Source: Botryllus schlosseri | Taxonomy: Eukaryota | Length of the DNA stretch: 64,000 bases | Direction: 5' to 3' | Assembly (NCBI GenBank): GCA_051294905.1 | Contig: CM119380.1 | Location: 20,956,001 to 21,020,000 of the forward strand | In this document: positions 1 to 13,106 of the stretch, in pieces | Layout: each line of letters opens with the position of its first letter | How positions within the stretch are numbered: the first letter of the stretch is position 1 | The notes under the pieces: model-generated | Seen by the model: only the letters and a program-made list of their open reading frames with translations | Told to the model about the DNA's origin: nothing | Database searches by the model: none | Position numbers and translations under genes: made by a program

Positions 1-1628
1 ATGGGCGAAGGGCGACAATGTGGCGTGAACGGAACCACGCCAACCCGCTAACTGTAATATATTCACCGATACTATCGTGAAATTATACCGGTAACTCCGC
101 ATCCACTGCGCGCGAAGCGCGACGAAAATTCTATGCTTTTCTCAACTTTTATGAAAACTAACTGTTGATACTCCGTGAAAACAGCCCCGAAATTCCTCGG
201 GCTATTTTCCTAATTGGAGCATTGAACTACTTCTACTTGACAAACTGAAAATAGCGAAAAGTAAGTAGATGACAAAATATTATGAAGTAAAAGTAGAAGT
301 AGTGAAAATCAGACCTACTTGAGTAAGTACCAGAAGTAGAGGAAAACTACTTGAGTACTTCAAAAAAGTAGAAGTACTTCGTTACTGACCACCTCTGTTC
401 GCTACCTGTTCATTTTCTGATAATTCTACAGGCTATTTATCACCTAGTTTGCAATGCCTATGCCTTGTTTTAAAACTTTACTTCAATTTTTGTTACTGTT
501 CGTAGCCCGATGGGGGAGTTGATTGAAGTTTCGCCCTTTCCTCTATTTTCATTGTATTGCAATTCTTATAGCATTTTGAATCGATAAAAATGTACTAAAA
601 TGACGACCATGTTGAAGCAACAGGCAGGAATATGTGGCAATGTGCGAAACGAAATGGTGGTTATAGATATTCGACCTGCGCGATTAATCGCACGTCATGT
701 GCCAACCACTCGTCCAACGTACCTGTTAGGAAGCGGATGCTTTATTAACGCAATGTCATTAACGCGGCGTTACCTCCGCGGAGTAATTTGCGCTTCATTT
801 TCGCCAAGGAATGTTGTGAGCACCGAGCAGACATATCTCACGCATGAATAACGACGAATTAGCTTCCACCCTGTTGAAGCAACACAGCCAGTATTGGAAG
901 TATATACAATCCAATACTGTCTTTGCTGCTGCGCCAGGGCATGCATTGCAGACCGCGAGAACTACAGGCTATCAGTGCTGATTCCGTTGCCATGCCTACT
1001 TCTGGATTAGCCGAAAGTCCATTACACAATAAAGCAACACACAATAACCATCATGGAATGAACAGATGATAGTTTTTTGTGCTGCTATACAGTATAATGT
1101 AAAATTTCCTTCAACACACACACCTTCTTACAGTAGCATATCCGATGACCTCAATAACAAACTCCACTACAAAGCAGTCACAGTAGAGCAGCTTTCAATG
1201 TGAGATAGCAAAAAGAACCAGAAGGACATATGCAACACAGAGTACTCAAGGAATTAGACATATTGTATGAAACCAAGTCACCAGGACAATTTCCAGTCAC
1301 TCCGCTTCTCACCAAATACAGAGGCACCTCTTGAGAGCCTTGATTCTCAATATGATAAAAACACAAGAACCGACCATTGCGAAATAATGATTAGAACTAT
1401 ATCTTTGTACGAGGAGTATGTTGAATCTTGCGTCCAATAAATATTTTGATATATTCCCAGATATGACACAATGGTCACAACTTTGAAGTCTCAATTGATG
1501 ATTGTATTCAACCGTGTGCGAAATTTTTTGAAATCTCAAAATTATATCATGGAGCCCTATTAACATTACACTAATTCTTTCGCAATTTATGTATCCTCAT
1601 AGTTTAAACAATGTCTTCAGTAAGAGCC

Positions 1629-1838
1629 TCATTCATCTTCCTCCTCTTGAATTTCACGCAGCAGAAGTTCCTTTTCGAAATATTGAAAGCTTCTTCCTTG
1701 ATTCAAGACATTCCTGAAGTAGTGAGTGGTTGTCTTGTTGAAGATTGGTTCAAACACCGCCGCACCAGCCAAAATGAATAGGGCATATCTGACATTCGTC
1801 TTCATAAAAGTATTATAAACAAATGATGTGAGTCCCAT
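1629..1838 (-). CDS. UQCR10: Cytochrome b-c1 complex subunit 9 (QCR9/UQCR10), single coding exon, 69 aa
   Basis: ORF MGLTSFVYNTFMKTNVRYALFILAGAAVFEPIFNKTT...NQGRSFQYF fits the QCR9 pattern (short basic N-terminus, one TM helix, FE..F, N.GK/R) and size. Confidence 0.85.
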   Translation of the reverse strand: MGLTSFVYNTFMKTNVRYALFILAGAAVFEPIFNKTTTHYFRNVLNQGRSFQYFEKELLLREIQEEEDE

Positions 1839-4074
1839 ATTTATGATATGTTTGTGAGGCAGACACCAAAACTCTACAGAACAGCTCTGTAAATTGTAAA
1901 ATAAAAAATTTGTTTGTTTCTCCGCAATATATGTAGGCGCATCACTGGCGCAAGCAAATACGTTTTTTACGAGTTTTCATAGGTTTAACAATTTGGTGAT
2001 ATACGTTATGTGTGAAGAATCCTAACTGTTGTTGTTGAATACACTACCTGTACTGCTACAGATTTGAGGGATGGTGGGAATTATGTGTACAATTGCAGAT
2101 ACTAATTTCTGTTTATAGAACAAAGTCACTGATAGGCCAAATTAGTTTAGTACAGAACATTCATATAATAAAAACTTATCGAGTCAAAAAGGCTTCAAAC
2201 TATATGGGGCAAAAAATACAGGTGTACAAATAAGTAGTAATATGCTAAAGAATTTATGACAGTAAAATTAGTCGAAACCGTTCGAACTGATTTTCATGTC
2301 ATACCTATCCATGATGTACGATTGTGTCAGTTGAGAATAGTAAATTACACATATGTTATTATGTAGTACACACTTGACCAAGTATCTGAATAATTACAGA
2401 TTAAACGACTGTCCATCAGAGGATAGAATTATAGATGTAGGAGGTGACTGTGTTTCATGGCCAGAACAACTAGGCACATATTTTGTTGCAAATTGCATTT
2501 GAAGAAATACTATTATCTAGCAAAAGAACATCTCAGATTGTTAGTTTGTGACATTCCCCCTTAAAAATTCAGCAATAATGCAGAACTATTGAAGGAAGTA
2601 TATCTCATTCAACGAATTCTGTATAACAATGCTAGAGAGTTTATCAACTGAGTCCCCCTGCAGTACAGGCTCATAGTTCTATTGTAGAGCTCTACTCTGT
2701 CAGGGTTGGATAGAAATGGTATATTAAGGCAAAAGCTGTCCAGAATAGTTTATCACTAGCAATATTCCAGTAAGGCAGAAGTATCACCCTCACTGTGCAA
2801 CATGCAATGGATAGGCCTACTCATAACTCAAGGTCACACATAGGGCATTTTGAACTGACTATCACAAGCATGACCATAAACAATAACAAATGATTAACGC
2901 GTGACCTACTCTGTCTAAAATTCATCAGGCACAAATTGCTACAGTTTTCTATGATGTTGCAGCAACTAGCAACGACTCCTTCAAGAACTCGAGGATACAG
3001 AACCATATATCTCGTTGAGCCATCACCACCAATCCTCTCTCGTCGACGTGACGCGACGAGTGTGCCGTGATAACATATGTCAGCGATCAGACTACGTTCA
3101 AACAAGAAGTCATTTGCTCCAGTCTACAATGTCACCTTAATGTCCTAAATGATAACGACTGAAATACACCGACCATCATCACCTGACGCCCTCAAATCTC
3201 GACACCAACTATATACGACTGAAAGCTGAAAGGCGGTGAATTCGTCAAGGACGCAGGTAACAAAGAATATTACTTGATATGAATGTACATTGCGACATTA
3301 CACCTTGAAACTTGATCCATGCTGAACAATTGAAACACAATTCATTCCACATACGTCCGATGACAAGCATATCTCATCATACACTTATATATGTAGAAGA
3401 AAACCGGCTTCCTGCGGTCAATTTCTGATAGATAATGAGCCATAATTATCATTGAAGCATGCATATTATTTAGACGCCCAAGTTCATTCGTTTTGGCGAT
3501 AGCAACGCTGCGCTAATAATTTTGGAAACAAGGTAATGTGTGAGCTGTAGGGCATCGCTTCGTGGTATGAGTTTTAGCCGATCATTTGTTTCTAAAGTAA
3601 AAAGAAAAACACTCGAACAATGGGTAAAGCGATTGTGTTGCTAGGAATGCCTTTGTGTGGGATAGATTTGGAGTCGTTGTCAGGAATGACTGGCAAAGGG
3701 TGAGCTTGGGCACGCAAAATCGATACGTACTCCTAATAACGCGCTGTTACAAAGCATTTAAGAAGATATGCACTGTACTATCAACATAGCCGGCATAATT
3801 TGATCAAGGTAAACGGATCATAGGACAAACTGTCCAATATATCTATCGTAATTAATTCTGCTCAACTAACCCACAATCGTTTTTGTATTTTTGTAGAACT
3901 ATCCTAAAATAACAAGCCACTTATATTTTAGTTCGATCAAATTGAATTGTTTGATTCAAATAGGCCTGCATCATTATATCCCTCTATAAGGGGCCATTAT
4001 AATTGCTCTGAAGACCATTAATGTTTCAGTTTCTCATAATGCGATAGAGATATAATACGTATGGTTTATATAAT

Positions 4075-5556
4075 TATCGAATGTGACTATGGAACGGAAA
4101 CTCCCGTTTCCCATTGTTAAGTCACGCTCGACTGAATCTAGCGACTTTGGTCAATCGCAGCACAACAATCGAACAATTTGCCTTAAGTTAAATGGCATAT
4201 CACACTTATAGATACTCGACTTTGATAACGAAATTACTAGACTAATCAGTCAGTGGTAATCTTGAAACTTGCTACAGTGTTAGATGACATCATCAACATA
4301 TACAATTAGGAAGCTAGTCGCTCATCTGGGTATGAAACGCAATCAAAATCCACATTGACCGATAGCGACTTTTGCGAATAATCCGTTACGCGCTAGGCTG
4401 CGCGCACCTATATACCCGACTTCGATAACGAAATTATCACCCTACTAATCAGTTTGTGGTAATCTTAAAATTTGCTACAGTGTTAGATGACATCATCAAT
4501 ATATACAATTTGAAAGCTAGTCGCTCATCTGGGTATGCAGCACAATTAAAATCCACATAGACCGATACCGGCTTTTGCGAAAAATACGTTACGCGCTAGG
4601 CTGCGCGGTGCGCGCACCTATGTCCTATATACTCGCGTCAAATCTATCATGCGATAGCGCACTTTGCGCGAACCTACAAATACACGCTACTTCAAATGGG
4701 CATTTCGGCGTCGGCCTGTATTTATCACCCTATGGGGGGCCCAAGACCAACGTTTTGGTGGGACTGACGAAGTGCTGTTACGGTCCTGCATCCAGCCTAT
4801 AGGCCTACCTGCGGAACAGATTTTACGCAAAAGCCTGCGTTGCTCTATAGATTTTGAAGGTGTTTCCATAGCGGGAGAGACGACGAGATTTCGTATCTAT
4901 TTTTCGGATTATGCGTTATAACTCTGTGCGAAATTTGAAGGCTCTTCCTTCCTACACAGTTGGATTAGTAATTTCGTTACCGAAGTCGAGTATGTATTGT
5001 ATTAGGTGCGCAGTGCGCAAAGCCTAGCCAATAACGGATTTTTCGCAAAAGCCGGTTTCGGACTATGTTGAATTGTTGATTTTGATTGTGTTGAATACCG
5101 AGATAAGCGACTAGCTTTCGAAGTGTATATCTTGATGATGTCGTCTAACACTGCAGCAAGTTTCACGATTGTCACTATAACTGGTTAGGGTGGTAATTTA
5201 GTCATCGAAGTCGAGTGTATAGGTGCGCGCAGCCTAGCTAATAACCGATTTTTCGCAAAAGCCGCTATCGGTCTATGTTGATTTTGATTGTGTTGCATAT
5301 CCAGATGAGCGACTAGCTTCCTAATTGTATATGTTGATGATGTCATCTAACACTGTAGCAAGTTTCAAGATTACCACTAACTGATTAGTCTAGTAATTTC
5401 GTTATCAATCTTGAGTATCTATAGGTGTGATATGCCATTTAAACTAAGGCAAATTGTTCGATTGTTGCGCTGCGATTGACCAAAGTCGCTAGATTCAGTC
5501 AAGCGTGACCTAACAATGGGAAAACGGGAGTTTCCGTTCCATAGTCACATTCGATA
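4075..5556. mobile_element. Foldback-type non-autonomous DNA element, ~1.48 kb, with ~0.55-0.6 kb TIRs containing internal ~200-bp tandem units
   Basis: 4075-~4630 (TATCGAATGTGACTATGGAACGGAAACTCCCG...) is the inverse of ~4965-5556. Each arm has two full ~200-bp units plus part of a third. ATATAAT at 4068-4074 and 5557-5563 flanks the element. Confidence 0.9.
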
Positions 5557-6056
5557 ATATAATGTATTTTATATCCATCCAGTCCAGCACGATTAATCGA
5601 TTACCCATTAGTACGGTCTATCAAGCGGGGTAGTGGAGTAGGTTGTGGTAAAAATCGGCAGCTCATGAATCATAATGACAAATATCGGTGTAAGATGATC
5701 AGAGTAGTCGAGGCATCATGAATACTAAATCCAGGGGCATCCAGTTTAAACATCCCGACCAAACACACGTTGAAGGGTCATCATTCATCATTCAATCTAT
5801 CATGTTCCTATAGTGTCACCCAACGGATAATTCACTTATCATCGAATTGAACATATTCGTGCTGCGAGACCCTCTTACATTCGCACTATGATCGATAATT
5901 GAACAGTGATGCTGCGGCTTAAAAAATGCTTGCTTGATTATAGGCTACGTCTTATCGTCATATCAGCACTGTTCCCTACTTCGCCCAGACATTGCTTTCA
6001 TCCATTCGGTTCTATCAAACTATTTTAACATGCGTTACTATCAGATCGTGTGTAGC

Positions 6057-7099
6057 AGGGGTGGCCAACCTGCGGCCGTAGAAGGTAATTTGTGCGGCCG
6101 TCTCGTCTACTACACGTAATTCTACTAGTATGTTATGGCGGCCGTCGGCATGCGAATTGAGTTTAGAAATTGACTCCCGAATTTTTGATGCATTTTAATT
6201 AATTTTGATTGTTTTTTCGCGCTTTGCGCGAAACAATGCGACTTCCAATTTAATATAGGCAGGCCTATAAGTAGCGCTTGTTGAAATTTAAGCCCCACAG
6301 AACAGATGCGAACAGCAGAGGAGAATGATGCGCCACATATAAAAATACCAACTTGGACAATCCTGATGGGAGGTCAAGAAATAACAGCATGGAATAAAGT
6401 GACTAATAACAATAGCCTCACCCTGAAATACATAATGATTTATAACTTGCCCTAAATTTTCAAAAACACTCCCTCCATCAACTCTACCCGTGAATCTGAA
6501 AAATTTAACGCGCGAAATAATATGACCATTCGCTGTTTCGTTGCGTATGGTAAAACCGATATGAAAAAGTAGATTAGTCCGGAGTTCGCCGCAAATGGAC
6601 AGTTTAACATGGACAGCCTTACGGCGTCCTGTTAGTTCTACCGCAATGCCCTGGAATACGACCGGAGGCTACATATGTAATCGAAATGCGGCTGGACCTG
6701 ATGTGTGAAACAGTATCCCGCCGCGGCCAACCGACAGTCGACGAGCATGTCCAGTGTCCACATTCAAGTTGAAATACAAGCAATTACTACTAAATGAATA
6801 CTAGTCCATCCTCAAGATTACCGGACCACGACTGAACTATCGATCTCGCCTTCCATGACATGCCACCCCATTTCTTTGTTGCTTGCTTTTTTCTATACTA
6901 TCTTCTTTACTTTTCTTTCCGTGTGCGTGCATCCTCTTTACATCGCCCAGGCCTAGGTGGGTGTCTGATTCCATTGACTACTCCAAGTCGCTTCGACATC
7001 TTCCTATATTTTCATTGTATCGCATTTTGTGGTGTATTGAACTGTTAAATTGCTAATATACCAATGATGATAATGAATAGAAATAGGTTGGCCACCCCT
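6057..7099. mobile_element. Non-autonomous hAT element with a nested retroelement 3' end
   Basis: TIR AGGGGTGGCCAACC at 6057 and inverted, ending 7099. Flanks TGTGTAGC/TGTGTAGA (7/8 match). Confidence 0.75.
6690..7080 (+). mobile_element. Non-LTR retroelement 3' end or SINE with AATAAA-like signal and microsatellite tail
   Basis: Same block recurs inverted at ~19441-19690, 60305-60720 and 61420-61740, with fragments at ~520-600 and 45735-45790. The longer copies end in GCTAAT(A)AAC plus a simple-repeat tail (ATG)n, (AACTG)n or (AACCG)n. Confidence 0.65.
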
Positions 7100-7490
7100 T
7101 GTGTAGAGACAGCGTGCTTGTCTGGTCAGGTCAGTTCACTTCCAAGGTCGTATCGGTAATTCCTAATCGATACCGAATACTGTTCAGCTTATTCTTACTG
7201 CATCATCATTGTTTCCGTCTGTCCCGTATTCAAGTTCGGTGAAAATAAAGACTCTGTCATCATGATGTTGATGTATAATTTACTTCCCATTGGGCCACAT
7301 GCCTGGACTAGACGTGGACAATCATCGTATCAACGACGCAAACCAATATGATTCTCCGCGAGCTGCGTCGGAGTCGAAATTTGATCAAGCGACAAAATAT
7401 CTTTCAAGTCCTGGTGGCAAAGTGAACAACAAAACAACACTGTGTTTTACAAACACGAGAGCGCATGTAAACGAGCGAAAACTCAGGGCA

Positions 7491-10400
7491 TCAGTCGTAG
7501 AACAGTTCTGCCTCCTCCAACGTTGACATGAGCGTAATTCCACGGGTTTCTGGTAGATATCTGCATATGATCGCACCCAATAGAGACAGCACTCCGCATA
7601 ACGTCTAAAAGAGGGTGTATATCATAAACCTCTGAAAGAAAAGACTATAGCTTTAACATTCCACTTACGCCAATGATCCAAGGAATAGAACTTTGGAGAT
7701 CCAAAGCGTACGGTGCCACAACAGTAGCTAGAGACCCAAACGTTGAAGCAGTGCCGACGGCTGTCCCTCTTCAAGACGAAGTATATGTAAATATAGGCGT
7801 GCAGATGACACGCACCGACAATACATCGGAACTCGAAACTTACCTTATCACAGTCGGGTAGACTTCCGCAGTGTACACATAAAGTATGTCGAAAGAAACT
7901 GATACTCCAAGCTTGCCAAGCTGTGCGAATGCGTTTTCCAGGAAACCCAGGACTGTGAAGGAATATAGCGGTGGATGGGGCGACATTATGGCGCGGCACG
8001 TCAGTAAGAAAACAATGTCTTACCTGAATTCCGACATAGCCACTTCGATAAAGATGATGCGAAAAACATCCCTCCCGCGATTGCAAGTGCAGCACTCATC
8101 AACGTACGACGCCCGAACTTTTGCAGACCGAATATCGCGATCGGCACGGATATGATCTCCAAAAGACCACCGATAGCATTGTTCAGATATATATTCCCTG
8201 TTTATACCATAGATTAATCCGACGACCAGATATTTCCAATTCGGACCGATACGATCAGTTCAGCGATTTACATCAGTGGTTCCCAAAGTGGGCGCCAGCA
8301 CCCCCTTAGGGCGTTCGAGGAACGATTAAGCAGCATAGAAGACAAATAACTGATCTAGCTTAAAAATTCGAGGTGGTCAGTAAGGAAGTACTTTTACTTT
8401 TTCGGAGTAGTCAAGTAGGTTTTGCATAATTGTACTACTCGCTAAAGTGCTTATGTTCTTAGATTACTTTATCACTACTACTTGGCAGCTTCTTAGGTAA
8501 AACTACTCCATTACTTACTTTCCGCACATTGAATTCTGTAAAGTAGAAAGTAGTTTTGGAACATGTTTGCTTCAATTTCATGAGTGAAATTGTCATGATA
8601 GCTAGGGAAGAGCTCCTGTATAACGGTTACTGTTCGAAAATTGGGCCAATTTGTTGCATCATCGGTCATTTTGCATAGTCTGTAGTCATAGTCGAAGATG
8701 TAGGCTACTCTTGAAATTAAAAAGTGGCCATCTCCGATGGTAACGAAATGCAATCACTCGACCAAATCTACTCTTAAGACTACTTGAGTACTTTTTACAT
8801 CTTCATTTTCTACTTGTACTAGTTTTCATATGTCGTTGAAGTTGCTTCTTGAATTGAATAGACATTTACGGCGTTAAGCGTATATCTACTTGGGTAGCAA
8901 CGAAAACTACTTTAGCCATCACTGATAAGTATGCAGCGGTTGGTTCGGGTACTTCAACAATAGAATGCATGCCAGCACAGGGAGGAGAAAATGTCCCAAC
9001 ATCCCTAGTTGGGTTGCTTGACAGAGCATTATTTTATATTTGATAAACAAGTCATCTCAGTGAACCCACCTATGCTACGTCATAGTTCATCTCGACTTGA
9101 CACTTGCTATAATACGTTGCATTAGTTAGGGATACGATTGCCAATAATGACCATATACCAGCCTCCGGTATAGCCAGTAATGATAGAATACGCTCGTTCC
9201 CCCCATTTTTGACATCCAAATCGTATCGATATTGCGTCACAATGACTCGGTGACGTCACGTCAATTTTGAAAATACTTTTTGTACTCAAATTTCCATCAC
9301 GGTAAGTGGTAACGTCTATATCACTGCTGGTTTCTTACCTGAAAATCTCCCCGCGTTCAGCGTAACCGCATAAAATGCCATCTTGCTTATGAACCAGAGC
9401 ACGAGAATTTTGAAGCTAAGGACACGCATTTTTGGCTGTCTGAACAACACTGTTGGTGGATGGTAAGTTCTTGCATGTTCATTTCTCTAAAAAGATTGAA
9501 GTTACTATTCAGATGGATAGGGTTTCTCAGCCGAGATAGCTGTATCCACAGAAATGGGCGAATAACTGCGTAAGTCGTACTTTGCGTCACCGCTAAAAGA
9601 TTATTCATGACGTCATGATAAATTTGGCGAATCCATGAAAATAACAATTACTATTATTGAACTAGGGCAGTGCTTTTCAACCTGTGGAACGCAGGTTCGC
9701 ACTTGTGCGAATGAAAAAAATTGCAGTGCGAACGACGGAGGTGGTGCGAATGGTGCGAATGAAAAATCCGGATGAGAGCGAATGAAAATCGTGAATAATT
9801 GTTAATTTTCTGACGTGGAATAATTCAAATAAACGTAATAGGAAATTCAAGGGCAGTGTGACTGTTGTAGTTGAGACGCAATTGTAAAAATACTTACGAC
9901 GCACCGCACTATAATCGTAGCTCTCGCACAGGACTATTGAATTAATATTCTCGCACTATAATCATTACGTAACCATGCAGAAGCCTGGTTTGGAAGCTGG
10001 TGTAGTGGCAGACATACAGTATATCAGCCCGTCTGAGCCTGCATCAGGCTGGAAAAATGACGTCAAATTGAGTTTCTGCTTTTTTTTCGCTAAACAATCA
10101 TCACATTTTCGTAATAACTGTTCGATTAGCGCGAGGCACGAGAATAGTTGTATATACCATCATTACAGACTCACATCTGCAAGTTTCTGTAACGTAAATT
10201 TTTACCCATTCACGGTTTATAAAAGTATGGACCGCAAAGGGTATAATTTTGGGTCGACACGGTGCCAGAATTTTACATATCCAAGGTCACTTGTGTTGGG
10301 TACTGTAGCCAATAAGCGAGACACGAAGAAAATATGGCTTTATCATGAGAATCAATGATACTATTTGTCCAACTGGTTTTTCTAGAAAACATGTTCGAAG

Positions 10401-12502
10401 ACCGTTGGGATAACCTAGTGTAGAAGTGAGGAACGACGAGCGAGTTTAGGCCTATGAGACTCATCCATGTCGAGGCCAACCACTTCTGCGTCGGGGCTCA
10501 TGAAGACGTTAAGTTTTGGCCAACAAACCGCTGATAAAATGCGGTCCCAAAACATAAGCGGTGACAAAACCCTGGCCCAAAATGACCGATGCTGGATGAC
10601 CAAACCTTTCGATGTGGATAGATGCTCCGTTGTCTGCACGGAATAGTCTCGTTCTTGCAATCTTAGTAGACAGCATAGTTACAGTGGAAGGCCTACAAAC
10701 TGGTTGAAATTGAAACGAGCGAAAAAGTTGCCTTTTTAATGAGACACTTGATAGCTTAAAATTAAGCTACATAGTAGCCAATTTGTTGTTCATCTGAACA
10801 AAAAGTTGTTAAGTATCTTCATCTATGACAATTTTCGGTTGGTTTGTGCGAATGAAATTGATTTTACAAAAAAGTGCGAATGGAGCTCAAAAAGGTTGAA
10901 AAGCACTGAACTAGGGGATGCCTCCCTTCACCCAGGTACCGCGATTCTCCATTGTCGCAGTCAAATCAGGTGAACATAGTGCTACTTTCAAGCGAAAGCA
11001 TTCAGCAAAATAGGCAAGTATACAATAGCTGCGAGATAGCAAAATTTTGGTATCACGTGCTAGAGCGGGTTTATCTATTCCATAAATACCTCAGATCTGG
11101 CCTTGTCCCATATCTCCACATTTAAATGAATGTTGTTTTTCTTTGCTATCTTCGTGGCGGCTGCTGTCCCTTGTATGATTTTTCCCTTCGTGAACAGCCA
11201 GCTGAGAACGAAAGAAAGTTTTCAGAAAACTGTGTCGATAACTTATAAATGCGAGCAGTTGAGTTTGCAATAACTATACCTTGGGGACTCCGGCATTAAA
11301 GCACAGAAGGCTAACGCTGGGACGGACAATAATCCAAGGGTCACGAGGAGATGACGCCAATTCTGTAGCATATAAGCTATGAATGACAGTAGAATGCAGC
11401 CAAACGCAAACGCTCCGTGGATTCCAATACCAAATATAGTTCTCCACTTCGCGCCAGTTATTTCCACGACTATGAAAAGAGAATGTCGATTGTTGGATTC
11501 ATCGTGCATGTACCCTTTTTAACTAACGCAAACCGTATATAAATGAGGCCGCGAATCCAGCTACGATTAGCAAACCGGCCATGAATCTAGTCGCACCAAA
11601 CAAGTATACATTCTGAGCAGAAGACGACCCCAGGCATGCAGCTATGACTCCGACTTGGGTCACGGCTACAGCGTTTCTTCTACCTATCCTAAAACATTTC
11701 GAGGATTTTCATTTGCGTACGAGGACAGTCTACCAACTCCTTTTCTAAATCAATACTCACAAATCAGAGAGGTTACCGATCGCTAAAATACCAATCACGG
11801 TCCCCAAGAAATACACTGCTGACAACGTAGCACGCAGAGACTCGCGTTCGCAAACAAGATCGAACTTGCAATCATGCCGAAGCAAGTTAACCACGTTTCA
11901 GCAAAGCGATAGAAAGGAACAGTAAACGATTACAAGAACGATGTGGGCTTTGCAATGAGCATAGTCTTACCTCCATTGTGGCAGTAGTGAACTGATCAGG
12001 TACATTGAATACATGCGAGACACAGTACTCAACGTTTTTCAAATGTGCATTAGTCTGATTAAAGTGACACATTCCGTCGCAAAATACACACGAATAGTTG
12101 CGATTAGTATAGCGTTGGCACCCGTTGAATCCCTGTCAGAATATTCACCGGTTAAAATCCAATATGTATTTGTTGGTGAATATCTGATCTATTACACACA
12201 TGTTTGGTTTTAGGCGCACTTTCTTGCAGGACTCTCTCAAACGAAACGTTGCTGCAAGGTAGGTTATCGTCCACTTCGTCAACCCAGCACCTGTATTCCG
12301 GCACTTCGAAGAGAAAAACTGACAAAAACTGATGCAATCCATTCAGCATGGGAACGTAGCACGCCATCGCCACTAATATGCCCAAGTACCAGGTCATGTG
12401 ACCGATATGGTCTTGAATAATTTCGTAATTGACGGACATGTTATTGTTTTCGTCCGCCTTCTTTTTCGCCAGCAATGGGTCCGTTTCGGCAGTGATGGCC
12501 AT
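7491..12502 (-). CDS. SLC22-family organic cation/anion MFS transporter, 11 exons, 556 aa
   Basis: Exons 12502-12200, 12132-11971, 11864-11761, 11688-11534, 11469-11280, 11201-11090, 9486-9339, 8197-8024, 7952-7844, 7768-7669, 7604-7491. All GT-AG and phase-consistent, 1671 nt. Motifs EFDLVC, LSDLIGRR, PESP, GNIYLN, FGRR, YTAEVYPTVIRG, LPETRG. Confidence 0.92.
8369..8924. mobile_element. hAT-like MITE family (termini CAGAGGTGGTCA / CAGTGATGGCTA, rich in AGTAG/CTACT motifs)
   Basis: Left end (C)GAGGTGGTCAGTA at 8369, right end TAGCCATCACTG at 8924. Related ends or fragments at ~190-397, 21912-22100, 32220-32480, 35285-35793, 39345-39500, 41175-41326, 56050-56173, 56820-56935. No clean TSD. 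Confidence 0.7.
9668..10908. mobile_element. Non-autonomous hAT element in SLC22 intron 6
   Basis: TIR CAGTGCTTTTCAACCT. Perfect 8-bp TSD AACTAGGG (9660-9667, 10909-10916). GTGCGAA subterminal repeats. Confidence 0.92.
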
Positions 12503-12899
12503 GTCATACGGGAATGCAGTTCGGCCGCAAATACCGTAGGCCGAAATCAAAACTTATATAAACAAAAATGTATAACTGAAATAGATGCTGACTTATTAGT
12601 GGACAACTCAATAGCTGAAAAGCACGCGCCAAGGCAGCAGCGCAGGCGCAAGATCACGGCAATCATAAGGTCGGATTCGTACCACCAAACTGATCACAAA
12701 CGATTGTGTGATTGCCTGCATCCGTGACTGGTGATGCATTTACCGCTGCTGACATATGGGCTTTGCTCCACTGATTCCAATCAGGATTATTATTATAGTT
12801 ATAGGGCCAACCACTCACTGAGATCACTGTGATTGTCGCTATCACGGTAATTCGAGCACTGGAATAGGCATACACAACTATACATATGATATGTAGTAT

Positions 12900-13106
12900 T
12901 AGGGTTGCCATATTTACCACTTTTTCAAAATTTTAAAACTTGCAAAACCGGAAGGAATCCTGATCAAATGGAAAATTTTTCCCACTTCCTGGTCGGTTGA
13001 CCAAAAAAATGTCAACATTCCGGCCAGTCGAATTTGGCCGTATATTTGACCAAAATTATCAGAAAAGAGCACAAAATCTCAAAAAAGAGGACGTACGGTA
13101 ACCCTA
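12900..13106. mobile_element. hAT MITE (TAGGGTTRCC family) between the divergent SLC22 and RPL26 starts
   Basis: TIR TAGGGTTGCCATA / TACGGTAACCCTA. TSD TGTAGTAT/TGTAATAT (7/8). Confidence 0.8.

Noticed and set aside
2821-3105. 94-codon minus-strand ORF upstream of UQCR10
   Set aside because: Non-ATG start, no motif, and no coherent exon chain.
8925-8975. IVEVP..AYL string resembling an SLC22 exon
   Set aside because: The true exon (GNIYLNNAIGGLLEII) is at 8197-8024, and this stretch has no in-phase acceptor.
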